In this document: positions 27,942 to 37,779 of the stretch, one piece after another
Layout of the letters: each line of letters starts with the position of its first letter
How positions within the stretch are numbered: position 1 is the first letter of the stretch
Assembly (NCBI GenBank): GCA_019058445.1
Contig: JAHPZA010000009.1
Span: 589,285-653,284, forward strand
Direction: 5' to 3'
DNA: 64,000 nt
Source of the DNA: Promethearchaeota archaeon
GTDB lineage: Archaea; Asgardarchaeota; Lokiarchaeia; Sigyniarchaeales; SOKP01
Notes under the pieces: generated by a model
Databases searched by the model: none
What the model was told of the DNA's origin: nothing
The model's input: only the letters and a program-made list of their open reading frames with translations
Translations under genes and position numbers: made by a program

Positions 27942-28694
27942 TTGATTTTAGATATCATTTTGATTTTATTAACAAAAATACCTGTTTTTAGCAAGAAATT
28001 TATAAAAATTGTTAGTGGTTTCCTTCTTGCAAATTCTTCGATCTTTATTGCCTGGTGTTTATTTTCTCAAAGACCAGGATCTATAACTTATTTCGAGACG
28101 ACTATTATAATTATAAAGGATATATGGATATGGAATATATTAATTACAGATCAGACCATCTATTATGCTTCTCGTATTGCACTACGATCATTAATAATGT
28201 TCTTTCTCGCTCTAATGTTTTTTATCGGAACTACAGACCGAGATTTGATTCATGGTTTACGGTCCATTAAAGTTCCGTTTACAGTATGTTTAGTAATAAA
28301 TTTAATTTTCCGTGGGATAGCAATGTTCCAAACTGATTTCCAAATAATAAAAGAGGCAATGCAAACTCGAGGGGTTGAATTCAAACGAGTCTCACTTCCT
28401 CAAAAAATTAGAAATTTTGTTTCAATTTTCATTGCCATTATAGTTTTAATGTTTAAAAAAACAGAGGAGATGGCCAATTCTATTGAATCAAGAGGAATAC
28501 CCTTTCGATCAAAGAACAGAACTATATATCATTATTTCCCTTTGAGAAAGAAAGATTTTGCTATTTTAGTAGCGATTCTTTTATTTTTAGCTTTCTCAAT
28601 ATATTTAAGAATTTACAATTATAGCTTAGTGAATTTTATATTGAATTTCCTTTCGATAATATTAAATTTTATCCCTATTACCCTATTTTGGTGA
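27942..28694 (+). CDS. ecfT: ECF transporter transmembrane (T) component, CbiQ family; conserved sequence extends upstream to about 27789
   Basis: ALRSLIMFFLALMFFIGTTDRDLIHGLRSIKVP and the coupling-helix region AMQTRG...SIESRG are present. The in-frame upstream codons encode YIPTDSFIARLHPLTKIG, the usual EcfT N-terminal motif, ahead of the first canonical start (TTG 27942). Confidence 0.8.
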   Translation: MILDIILILLTKIPVFSKKFIKIVSGFLLANSSIFIAWCLFSQRPGSITYFETTIIIIKDIWIWNILITDQTIYYASRIALRSLIMFFLALMFFIGTTDRDLIHGLRSIKVPFTVCLVINLIFRGIAMFQTDFQIIKEAMQTRGVEFKRVSLPQKIRNFVSIFIAIIVLMFKKTEEMANSIESRGIPFRSKNRTIYHYFPLRKKDFAILVAILLFLAFSIYLRIYNYSLVNFILNFLSIILNFIPITLFW

Positions 28695-28700
28695 TTTATT

Positions 28701-30224
28701 ATGGAAACTGTTGTCGAATTTAAGGATTTTTCTTGGAAATATAAATCTTCAAAAGAGCGTGTTCTTAAATCAATAAATTTGAAGATTCATAGAGGAGATT
28801 ATCTGGGTATAATGGGTCCTACTGGAGCTGGGAAATCGACTTTATGTGCGTGTATCAATGGGCTCATCCCTTTAAAAACAAGAGGATTTATTAGCGGCTC
28901 AGTGGAAGTATTTGGTGAAAACACTCGGACTTTAAAAATGCCTGAAATCACTGCACGGGTCGGATTAATTTTTCAAGATCCAGAGACACAATTCATAATG
29001 ATGAATGTAGAGGATGAAATAGCTCTAGGTTTAGAAACGCTAGGGCTTGAAAGAAAGGAAATTAAAAACAGAATTGAATGGGCATTAGATATAGTAGGTT
29101 TAAGAGGATTTGAACTGCGATCCCCTGAAGAACTTTCCGGGGGGCAAAAACAAAGAATTGCTATTGCTTCAATTCTAGCCATGAGACCCGAAATTCTCAT
29201 TTTAGATGAACCTACCTCTGATCTTGATCCACTTAGCAAAATGGAAGTTTTTGAGTTATTGGACAAAATAAAAAGAGAATTTGAGTTAACAATTGTATTA
29301 GTGAGCCATGAAACAAGAAAGATTATGGAGTTTTGTAATCGAGCAATTATAATTGATAATGGAGAGAAAATATACGATGGTGATGCTACTGGATTGCTCA
29401 ATAATACCGATTTATTAAAATCTTCAGGTATATATATTCCAGAAGATATTTGCGGAAAAAGAATAGCAGAAGCTAAAGTTATTGTAAAACATGATAAAGA
29501 GCCTATCATAAGTGCCTCTAATATTAGTTATACTTATCCAGATATGACTCAAGCTTTAGAAGATATTAATCTAAAAATATATCAGGGAGATTTCATCGCA
29601 ATTATTGGGAAAAATGGTTCTGGAAAAACTACCTTAGTAAAACATTTTAATGGACTTCTCAAGCCCCAACAAGGTGAAATTCTACTTAATAATAAATTCA
29701 TTACAGAATATACAATACCCCAAATTGCCCAAACTGTTGGATTTTGTTATCAAAATCCTGATCATCAGTTATTTAAAGGTACCATTAAAGAAGAAATAGA
29801 ATTTGGGTTAAAAAACCTTAGATTTCCTGAGAATGAAATCGAAAAACGTCATGATAAGATCATTGAACTTTTGCAGTTAAGAAAATTTGAAGAGGTGTAT
29901 GAATCTACTTTTTATCTTAGCAAAGGTATAAGACAAAGATTAGCATTAGCGTCAGTTTTGGTATTAAAACCAGATATTTTAATAGTTGATGAGCCCTCAA
30001 CTGGGCAAGATTTTCTAATGATAAGTGAATTTATGAAAATTCTTGAAGATTTAAATAAAGAAAATAAGACAATCATAATAATAACCCATAATCCATATAT
30101 AATAGCTAAATTTTCGAAAGAGGTTGTAATTCTTGATGATGGGAAGCTAATTAAGAAGCTTCCAACAGAAGATTTTTTAAAAAATGAAGAACTTCAACAT
30201 AATGCTTGTTTCTTACCTCCCTAA
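28701..30224 (+). CDS. ecfA: fused tandem ECF/ABC ATPase (EcfA-EcfA')
   Basis: Two ATPase cassettes. First: Walker A GPTGAGKST, signature LSGGQKQR, Walker B ILILDEPTSDLD. Second: GKNGSGKTT, LSKGIRQR (degenerate signature), ILIVDEPSTGQD. Confidence 0.9.
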   Translation: METVVEFKDFSWKYKSSKERVLKSINLKIHRGDYLGIMGPTGAGKSTLCACINGLIPLKTRGFISGSVEVFGENTRTLKMPEITARVGLIFQDPETQFIMMNVEDEIALGLETLGLERKEIKNRIEWALDIVGLRGFELRSPEELSGGQKQRIAIASILAMRPEILILDEPTSDLDPLSKMEVFELLDKIKREFELTIVLVSHETRKIMEFCNRAIIIDNGEKIYDGDATGLLNNTDLLKSSGIYIPEDICGKRIAEAKVIVKHDKEPIISASNISYTYPDMTQALEDINLKIYQGDFIAIIGKNGSGKTTLVKHFNGLLKPQQGEILLNNKFITEYTIPQIAQTVGFCYQNPDHQLFKGTIKEEIEFGLKNLRFPENEIEKRHDKIIELLQLRKFEEVYESTFYLSKGIRQRLALASVLVLKPDILIVDEPSTGQDFLMISEFMKILEDLNKENKTIIIITHNPYIIAKFSKEVVILDDGKLIKKLPTEDFLKNEELQHNACFLPP

Positions 30225-30350
30225 ATATCTCAATTGATTTTTAAGTTTTGGAAATCTGAGAGTTTCTCTTTTCAATTGATAAACATAAATATAAATATTT
30301 TAATAGAATTATTGATCTTAATTGAATTGAATTAAAATGAAGTGATTTAA

Positions 30351-31130
30351 ATGGGTAAAAAAGAAATTGATAAAGCGAAAAAGATATTCAAGGACGCGTG
30401 GGATGTACTAGATGATTTTTTCGAAGAAAAACGTTCGGATACAATCATGGAAAAGGAAGAAAAAGCCAAAAAAGGAAAAGTTGCACTTGCTAAGTTTTCT
30501 AAAGGCATGATCGGAAAAACCAACCAAATAAATTTTAGGATTTTAATTGGGCAAGAAAAGGAAATTGGGGATCATATTTATGAAGCAGTGTACATGGATG
30601 ATAAAAAAGAACCATATATTTATGATTTCATGGTAAATCAAGGTAAACCAATAAATACGATTTTAACAAATTTTAAAGAGGATGATTGGAACGGCTACAA
30701 AAAGGTTAAGAAATTTAAATCTTTAACGAAATTTTTAGAACATGCGTATGAAGATGGAATTTTTTTTGAGGGTAAAAAGAAGAAGAAAGATGACGCATTA
30801 GATCTATTAATCAAAAATGGGCTTAAACGATCACTTGAAGCAGTTGGTGATGATTCAGAGGATAAATATGGAATCGACAACGAAAAAGCAAAAAAGATTG
30901 CTAAAGTTGTAGCAATTGCGGTAGCAACAACTGTTGCCTCGGCAGCATTAACTCCTGCAGCTGGAGTTGTAGTCGCAGAAGTTGCTGGAGGAGCACCGGT
31001 CACAGGGGAGCTTGTTGGACAGGCAGCACAAGCAGCGGTAGAAGGTGTAGAAAAATTAGCCGATCCCGCAACCATTGCAAGAAAAGCAGCTCAAAAAGCG
31101 CTAACCAAAGGCAAATCATTAAAAGACTAA
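30351..31130 (+). CDS. hypothetical protein with Lys-rich N-terminal part and Ala/Gly/Val-rich C-terminal tail
   Basis: No motif recognised. The C-terminal segment is AKVVAIAVATTVASAALTPAAGVVVAEVAGGAPVTGELVGQAAQAAVEG. Confidence 0.45.
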   Translation: MGKKEIDKAKKIFKDAWDVLDDFFEEKRSDTIMEKEEKAKKGKVALAKFSKGMIGKTNQINFRILIGQEKEIGDHIYEAVYMDDKKEPYIYDFMVNQGKPINTILTNFKEDDWNGYKKVKKFKSLTKFLEHAYEDGIFFEGKKKKKDDALDLLIKNGLKRSLEAVGDDSEDKYGIDNEKAKKIAKVVAIAVATTVASAALTPAAGVVVAEVAGGAPVTGELVGQAAQAAVEGVEKLADPATIARKAAQKALTKGKSLKD

Positions 31131-31275
31131 AATTATTTAATCTTTACTTCTGACTTTAATTTGTTCTAATTTAAACCTCTTTATAAGAGATTCTTGAAAT
31201 TAGTTGAACATCATTTTCCTAAGAATTAAAAATAAAAAAAATAATGAAAAGAAAAAGACTACGCTCCTGCGTAGC

Positions 31276-32220
31276 TTACATTTTTATCATTCCGCCAATT
31301 AGATCCATGAGGGTTTCTTTTCTAGGCAATCCTTTCATTAATTCTGATTTGACTCGCTCAGCTAGAAGTTGTGGAGTGAATGGCTTTCCATTATTACTAA
31401 TACTATTAAATGAATGCCATCCTTGAAAAACATACACGCTGTCCCCTACGACTCTAAAAACTTCTCCAGTTATTTTTTTAGCCGCATCTGATGATAAAAA
31501 TACCACCATGGGGGCTACATTAGCAGGATCAAAGATATCAAATCCGGCCTCATCTGTCTTACTCATAACATCTGCCATTTTGGGTGTAGCGTCTGTCGTA
31601 AGTCTAGTTCGAGCGACTGGAACAAGACAATTAACATTCGCATACTTTTTTAACTCCATTGCGGCGATTACCGTAAATGCTGCGATTCCCGCTTTAGCAG
31701 CGCCATAGTTGGCTTGTCCCATATTTCCTAATAATCCCGCATCTGATGCTGTATTAATAACTCTGCCGAAATTTTTTAATTTTGGATCCTCCTTGCCCAT
31801 TTGTCTGAAATATGCTGAAGCATGTCTTGTCATATTAAATGTTCCCTTTAAATGTACTGCCATAATTGCATCCCATTCTGCTTCGCTCATATTGAAAAGC
31901 ATACGATCTCTAAGAATACCCGCGTTGTTGACTAATATATCTAATTTACCAAATTCAGAAACAGCTTGGTCGATCATACCTTTAGCAGCATTAAAATCAG
32001 TAACGGAATCATAGTTTCCAACTGCTTTCACTCCTAATTTCTTAACCTCTTCACAAACTTGGTCTGCCACTTTTGCTTCCGACCCTGTCCCATCATGAAA
32101 GGCACCTAAGTCGTTTATGACTAAATTGCAGCCCTCTTTGGCCATAGCCAATGCTTCTTGTCGGCCTAAACCACGGCCAGCGCCAGTTATAATGGCAACC
32201 TTACCATCTAACATTCCCAT
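31276..32220 (-). CDS. SDR-family dehydrogenase of the MFE-2/HSD17B4 type ((R)-3-hydroxyacyl-CoA dehydrogenase-like)
   Basis: GKVAIITGAGRGLGRQEALAMAKEGCNLVINDLG, LDILVNNAGILRDR and NTAS...GQANYGAAKAG (the YxxxK catalytic motif) are collinear with the N-terminal dehydrogenase domain of peroxisomal multifunctional enzyme 2. Confidence 0.8.
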   Translation of the reverse strand: MGMLDGKVAIITGAGRGLGRQEALAMAKEGCNLVINDLGAFHDGTGSEAKVADQVCEEVKKLGVKAVGNYDSVTDFNAAKGMIDQAVSEFGKLDILVNNAGILRDRMLFNMSEAEWDAIMAVHLKGTFNMTRHASAYFRQMGKEDPKLKNFGRVINTASDAGLLGNMGQANYGAAKAGIAAFTVIAAMELKKYANVNCLVPVARTRLTTDATPKMADVMSKTDEAGFDIFDPANVAPMVVFLSSDAAKKITGEVFRVVGDSVYVFQGWHSFNSISNNGKPFTPQLLAERVKSELMKGLPRKETLMDLIGGMIKM

Positions 32221-32457
32221 AGTTTATCACTTTAAGAATTTGATTTTTTTTATATCTATATTATGGATAATTAAGAATCAATTGCTTAACTTAAAAAATT
32301 TAACATTCTTTTAGCTTTGAATAGGGAGATATTTAAGCAATTAGAAAATTCTGTGGTTCAAATCTATATAGGATCGAAATTTGAATTAAAAGGAGATTGG
32401 ATTACGTACTTATTTAATAGAAATATTAACTGAATTTTTAATCTATTATTAAATAAG

Positions 32458-32994
32458 CTATTGTTCGACAACTGCGGTCTTTACTTCTGGTTTGAATCCG
32501 CTTTCTATAATTATTTTCGTTGCCATTTTGGCGACATTAGCTACTATTTTTGAGCAATAATTAACCATATCAGCTTTCATTTCATCATTGTAGGAATTTA
32601 ACTCCCAAAGTGTCCAAGTAACTGTCATCCCGCTTTTTTGAACTTCAGAACATCGAGTTGAGCCATATTTTTTAACATATTGAGAATGTAAATTCTTTAC
32701 TAGACCATAGCTTTTCATTGGTTTATACATATCTTGAAAGTCCTTGTGCTTTCTAGGAAATAAATAACCCATAACCATTGAAGCTCCAATTAAGGCTCCA
32801 CAAGATCCATCACCCGTTAACCCTAATCCATTAGCTAAACCACTCGCAGCATTAAAAACATCATCATTCCAAATCCCCAATGCTTCGAAAATAGCAGCCA
32901 CAGTTGTTTGAGCGCATCCAATACATTCGGATTCATACTTTTCTCCGAGCTTGAATGCTTTTTCTGCAACTCCATTTGATTTTGGTTCATTCAT
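32458..32994 (-). CDS. C_GCAxxG_C_C family protein
   Basis: CIGCAQTTVAAIFEALG and DGSCGALIGASMVMG are the family's defining Cys motifs. Confidence 0.7.
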   Translation of the reverse strand: MNEPKSNGVAEKAFKLGEKYESECIGCAQTTVAAIFEALGIWNDDVFNAASGLANGLGLTGDGSCGALIGASMVMGYLFPRKHKDFQDMYKPMKSYGLVKNLHSQYVKKYGSTRCSEVQKSGMTVTWTLWELNSYNDEMKADMVNYCSKIVANVAKMATKIIIESGFKPEVKTAVVEQ

Positions 32995-33125
32995 CTTGTT
33001 ATAATTGGTTTTAACCCTTTTTAAAATTTTAGATATTTCTTCTTTAAAGACACGAATATTTTGATAGTTTTTATCTATTTTGAGTTTGTAAGATCTTATG
33101 GTGAAATCAATGAAACTTGGTGAGA

Positions 33126-33959
33126 TTACAAAAATTGTCGAATATGCGCAATACTTTTTTTTAAAGCTCTACCCGTAATAATTTCTACTATCAAATTACC
33201 AGTATATTTGTATTTCTTCACTAGGTTAATAATCTGTTGAAAATCAATCTTTCCAGATCCTAAAGCGGGATGAAGATCAGTTTCTTTATTGACATTATCC
33301 GCTAAGTGGACATTCTTTACAATATCATGAAATTTCTCCCAGTAAATCTCATTATTCATGTCGCATGTCCATGCATGACTTGTATCGAAGGTTAAAAATA
33401 TATCATCTCGATTTAGATTTGTTAAGAACTCTTCAACATCCCTTTCATTTGCTAACATATACGCGTCTTGAGGCATATTTTCAATGCACACCATCACATC
33501 AAACTTTGCAGTAGCATCTAATAATTCATTGACGGCTCTAATCAGTTGCTTCTTGTTATGCTCTCTGATTGTGTTTATTAGATAGTGGCCTATACCAGGA
33601 TGAACTACTATAACCTTTGCGCCTATTTCCTCACATATTTCTGTTGCATCTATACAAGATTTAACAGATGCTCTCGATATATTGATATTAAAAGAACATA
33701 TGGATAAATCCGTAAATGGAGCATGGATTTGTTTATTAATTGAAGAGTAAGAATTACATAAATCGACAAATCTTCTTCTATTTTGACTTGAATATATCTC
33801 TGGAGGATCTAAGATTACCTCTACTTCTTTAATATTGTTTTTTTCAGCAAATTTAAAACATGCTTCAGTTGAAGTAATTAACAGATCAATCATAGTTTTA
33901 GCTTTACCACGAAGAGCTTTATCTACAAGATGCCCCAAGCTACTTATTCCTAACTTCAT
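33126..33959 (-). CDS. sugar phosphate isomerase/epimerase (xylose-isomerase-like TIM barrel)
   Basis: VIVVHPG, CIENMP and FDTSHAW are the metal-ligand motifs typical of the AP-endonuclease-2/xylose-isomerase-like family. Confidence 0.7.
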   Translation of the reverse strand: MKLGISSLGHLVDKALRGKAKTMIDLLITSTEACFKFAEKNNIKEVEVILDPPEIYSSQNRRRFVDLCNSYSSINKQIHAPFTDLSICSFNINISRASVKSCIDATEICEEIGAKVIVVHPGIGHYLINTIREHNKKQLIRAVNELLDATAKFDVMVCIENMPQDAYMLANERDVEEFLTNLNRDDIFLTFDTSHAWTCDMNNEIYWEKFHDIVKNVHLADNVNKETDLHPALGSGKIDFQQIINLVKKYKYTGNLIVEIITGRALKKSIAHIRQFL

Positions 33960-34026
33960 AATTTTTTTCCCTATCCTTTTTTAACATCATTATTTTAAAA
34001 AATTTAAAAAAAAAAGAAATAATTTA

Positions 34027-35349
34027 TTATTTTTCCAATTTTTCAATGAATTTCTTTCTAGCTATTTTTTCTTCTTCTGTAAGTTGAACTTCTTCTCTAG
34101 TAACGAGTAACATAAACACTAGAGCTAAAATTAAAAATAATGCGCAAACCAAGAAGAAATAGGTAAATCCTATTACTTCAACTATCGTGCCAACAATACC
34201 AGGCCCTAGAATTGCTGCTGTATACATAAAAAAATAATATACTCCCGTATAAGTGCCTATTTTTTTTTCTGAAGGTGCTAAACTCCATAATGTTACTAAC
34301 GTATTGATATTTACTAATGCATATCCGATTCCAATTAGAATTAAAACTATGAATAGAATCGCAGTTCCTTGGATAAGAAAAGCTAAAAGCATTGCTATTA
34401 TGAAAATAACTAATCCTATCTTGATAATTAATCTTCTTCCAAATTTTTCTGCTAAAATCCCTGATGGAAAAGCCACAAGTAAGAATACTATCGAAGCATA
34501 TAAAAGCATACCCCCAGCAGCGCCTCTTGTCATTCCTAAAACCTCTGTACCGTATATTGTAAATAGGGCTCTGAATCCTTCATAGCCAATATATACACTA
34601 AAAATCGCTAATAACACTAAAAGGGTACTCTTATCTTTTTCAGAGGCAATATCTTTTAAACTTTCAATTAATCCCGGTCTTACAATGTCCTCTTTACTTT
34701 CTGCGCCTTCTTCTGTATCCATTTCTAAACATAATTGATAGGCATATGCATCTTGCTCTTTTACTGTTAAAAAGCCAATAATTAGTGTTATTATCATAAT
34801 AACTGAAACTATAATGAATGCTAACTGTAAACTCACATCGACAATAAGAAGACTTATCAATGCAGCAAATATCGCTCCAACACCTCCCATTAGATTAAGA
34901 ATAGCATTTGCTTTGCCTCTGTGCTCAGTTTTAATAAAATCCGGAATTAGGGCCACTTGTTGGGTTCTATAGAAACACATTGCAATCATAAAACAGAATA
35001 TAAACAAGAATAACATAAAGAAAGATGTTTCAAAAGCTATAAGAGCAAAAAATATTGCTGCTATAGGAACTCCGATAATTAAATATGGCATCCTCCTCCC
35101 TAAGCGAGATCTAGTATTATCTGATTTATTGCCCATAATTGGTTGTATTATTAAGCCAAGAAGATTATCTAAACCCAGGATGAGCCCTACAAGTGCTAAT
35201 GAACCTAAATAAAAGTATAGACTGATGGATACTTGGCTATCATACATTTCCCATGCTAGTATTGTAGGAAAAAACATTAAACCTATTAGAAAAGTATGTT
35301 TTAAATCAAACTTTTCTTTTTCTTCAGTTTCGGACATTTTAGAACTCAA
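34027..35349 (-). CDS. MFS transporter, GPH/MFS_2-like
   Basis: About 12 TM helices. The loop 2-3 motif GNKSDNTRSRLGRRMPYLIIG matches the G-x-x-SD...GRRRP signature. Confidence 0.8.
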   Translation of the reverse strand: MSSKMSETEEKEKFDLKHTFLIGLMFFPTILAWEMYDSQVSISLYFYLGSLALVGLILGLDNLLGLIIQPIMGNKSDNTRSRLGRRMPYLIIGVPIAAIFFALIAFETSFFMLFLFIFCFMIAMCFYRTQQVALIPDFIKTEHRGKANAILNLMGGVGAIFAALISLLIVDVSLQLAFIIVSVIMIITLIIGFLTVKEQDAYAYQLCLEMDTEEGAESKEDIVRPGLIESLKDIASEKDKSTLLVLLAIFSVYIGYEGFRALFTIYGTEVLGMTRGAAGGMLLYASIVFLLVAFPSGILAEKFGRRLIIKIGLVIFIIAMLLAFLIQGTAILFIVLILIGIGYALVNINTLVTLWSLAPSEKKIGTYTGVYYFFMYTAAILGPGIVGTIVEVIGFTYFFLVCALFLILALVFMLLVTREEVQLTEEEKIARKKFIEKLEK

Positions 35350-35428
35350 AATTGTTTTGTTTTAAATGAATTTTTAAATGAATATTTACTGCAACATTTG
35401 CTTTCTTTATTATTATAATTTTTATTTT

Positions 35429-35824
35429 TTATCTCCAAAATTGATCATTTAAATTTTTTAAATATACAAGATGACTCACACAATTACAGTCAGAAGAGCC
35501 AAAGTTTTCAATAAAACCATCTGATATATTTAATAATTCTTGAGCAATGATACATTCTAATCTTTGGGAACTAGGAATTAAATATATTCTGATTAAGAGA
35601 GGAGTTTCTTGGAGTAAATAATCTATATGCCAGTGAGTCTTTTTCTTTTCTGGAGGTAAAATATGTCTTTTTACTCTATTAATAAGCGTTGCTGAACCAG
35701 AAATCCCCATTGCAGATCCTATATAAAAATAGTATCCTTTTTTAAATGGAATTATCCCTAATGAGCCAACAGGTATTTTTTTATCTTCCTTAATATATAT
35801 TACTAATATGTATGTTCCTTTCAT
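35429..35824 (-). CDS. DUF123-like protein (GIY-YIG nuclease superfamily)
   Basis: GTYILVIYI...GYYFYIGSAMG...LINRVKRHI...HWHIDYL matches the DUF123 pattern. Confidence 0.6.
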   Translation of the reverse strand: MKGTYILVIYIKEDKKIPVGSLGIIPFKKGYYFYIGSAMGISGSATLINRVKRHILPPEKKKTHWHIDYLLQETPLLIRIYLIPSSQRLECIIAQELLNISDGFIENFGSSDCNCVSHLVYLKNLNDQFWR

Positions 35825-35879
35825 TTAGGAAAGATAATAGTAAGTAATCAATAAATTGAATATAGTTAGGTTCTATTAT

Positions 35880-36251
35880 TTACTTTTTCAATTCTATAAT
35901 TTTGCTTCTAAGGATTAGAATAATCAAGACTAATTGGAAACCAATCAAAAGATATAAAGTGAGGTCTATAAAAAAACTGGCATATACGGGCATTCCTAAC
36001 CAAGATTTAATCCAACACTTCGAATCACCATTTGTATAAAATAAGCAACTTGCTACTGAAAGATAAACAATATGAAATGCTAATGATAACATTATTACGG
36101 TGATTGCTAGGATTATTTTAACATAAAAGCTTATATCGGTTTTAGATTTTTCATTAGTCCTAACTTCATTTGAGTGTATATGCGAAGAGGAATCTATCCT
36201 TTCAATGCCTTGATTTGAAATTATTTCTTTTAAAGTCTTATTTTCAGACAA
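35880..36251 (-). CDS. small hypothetical membrane protein (2-3 TM helices)
   Basis: Two long hydrophobic segments follow a polar N-terminus. No motif recognised. Confidence 0.35.
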   Translation of the reverse strand: MSENKTLKEIISNQGIERIDSSSHIHSNEVRTNEKSKTDISFYVKIILAITVIMLSLAFHIVYLSVASCLFYTNGDSKCWIKSWLGMPVYASFFIDLTLYLLIGFQLVLIILILRSKIIELKK

Positions 36252-36612
36252 TAAAATATTATATTCGTTAAGATCAATCTAAATTAAGTTATTGTTTAAT
36301 TTACTTCTGTATTCTGCTTGTTCTTCTTGAGTTGAAACTTTATCACTTATATTAGAACCACTCATGACTGAAAAAAAAAAAAGATTCTACTACCTAATAA
36401 TATAAGTCATTAATTAATTCATTTTTATAAAACTGTAATGAAAAAATTGATTTTTCGTTATATTGCTATAAAATTGATCAAGGAAAATCTTATATTATAA
36501 ACATGGATTTTCTAAAAGCAATTTAAATAAATCTCTAACTTAAAAAGATTTTAAAGTTGTTTTAATTATTTAAAATATTCATATAGCAATACTATAACTT
36601 ATTGATGATAAA

Positions 36613-37755
36613 ATGAATGAGCTATTCTTTTCTGAAAAACTTTACCGCATACAGAAAGAGGTTAGAGATTTCTTAATAAATGAATTAGAACCAATAAAAA
36701 ATGATATTAATCGAGAAAACAAAATTCCTCTTTCTTTCTTTAGAAAGATGGGAAAATATGGGATGATTGGACCATTAATCCCTAAAAAGCACGATGGTAC
36801 AGAGTTAGGAATGATAGCTCATTGTATGATAACTGAAGAGATTTCAAAAATTAATGTAAGCGCCTCAGTTACACGAACGCCATGTATCCTTGATGGATAT
36901 TTACTTAATAGACATGGAAATGAAGAACAAAAAGAGAAATATTTAGGAAAAATTGCTAGTGGAGAAAAAATATGCAGTATTTGTGTTACTGAAGAAAATG
37001 CTGGCTCCAATGTGGCTGGGCTCAAATCAACAGCCAGAAAGGAGGGAGATATTTACATTCTTAATGGTTCTAAAAAATTCATAACTAATGCAGGAATCGC
37101 AGACTATTACTTTATTTGGTGTATTACAAATAAGAACGTTAATCCGAGAAATGGTATGAGCGTGTTTTTAGTTGGAAAAGATACTCCTGGATTAATTATT
37201 GAGAATCCTTATGGACTAATGGGAATAAATGGAGTGTATAATGGAATTCTTAAATTTGAGAATATGGAAATTTCTAATGAGAACCTCATCGGAGAAGAGG
37301 GAAATGGATTTCAGAGTCTTATGGAAACTTTTAATGTGGAGAGGATTACGTTAAGCTCAGAATGTAATGGAATATCAATGGCAGCTTTAGAAGATTCTAA
37401 AGCTTATGCCAAAAAAAGGGTCCAATTTGATAAACCAATATCTAAATTTCAAATTATTAGGTTCAAAATTGCTGAAATGGCTATAAAATTACAAGCTGCC
37501 AGACTCTTAACCTACAGCGCAGCACAATTAGCTGAAATGAATAAAAATATAACCAAGGAAGCATCCATGGCAAAAGCTTTTTCAAGTAAAAGTGCTGTTG
37601 AAATCACTTCGGAAGCTGTTCAGATTCATGGAGGGGATGGATATACAGACAATTATTCTGTCGAGAGATATATGAGAGATGCTAAATTTTTTATGATCGG
37701 GGGCGGAACTTCTGAAATACAGAATCTCGTTATTGCTCGGGAAGAATTAAAATAA
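36613..37755 (+). CDS. acyl-CoA dehydrogenase (isovaleryl-CoA-dehydrogenase-like catalytic-base arrangement)
   Basis: ICVTEENAGSNVAG, FITNAG, FNVERITLS and QIHGGDGY...IGGGTSEIQNLVIARE are present. Gly replaces the YEGT Glu, while a Glu sits in the FNVER helix-G position. Confidence 0.88.
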   Translation: MNELFFSEKLYRIQKEVRDFLINELEPIKNDINRENKIPLSFFRKMGKYGMIGPLIPKKHDGTELGMIAHCMITEEISKINVSASVTRTPCILDGYLLNRHGNEEQKEKYLGKIASGEKICSICVTEENAGSNVAGLKSTARKEGDIYILNGSKKFITNAGIADYYFIWCITNKNVNPRNGMSVFLVGKDTPGLIIENPYGLMGINGVYNGILKFENMEISNENLIGEEGNGFQSLMETFNVERITLSSECNGISMAALEDSKAYAKKRVQFDKPISKFQIIRFKIAEMAIKLQAARLLTYSAAQLAEMNKNITKEASMAKAFSSKSAVEITSEAVQIHGGDGYTDNYSVERYMRDAKFFMIGGGTSEIQNLVIAREELK

Positions 37756-37779
37756 ATAGTAAAGCTATTTATTTTCTAA

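Noticed and set aside
28973-29509. 178-aa antisense ORF inside the fused ecfA ATPase gene. Similar antisense ORFs occur inside gyrA (15128..15451, 15503..15778, 16259..16483), gyrB (18770..19021), the SDR gene (31508..32014), the MFS gene (34253..34585), hbd (40136..40438) and the Ala-rich tail (30695..31075).
   Set aside because: All overlap genes with unambiguous conserved motifs on the opposite strand, and none carries a recognisable motif of its own.
32355-32364. GGTTCAAATC, a tRNA T-loop-like string in the intergenic region upstream of the SDR gene.
   Set aside because: The flanking bases (TGTGG / CTATA) do not form a T-stem, and no acceptor or anticodon arms can be drawn. It is not a tRNA.
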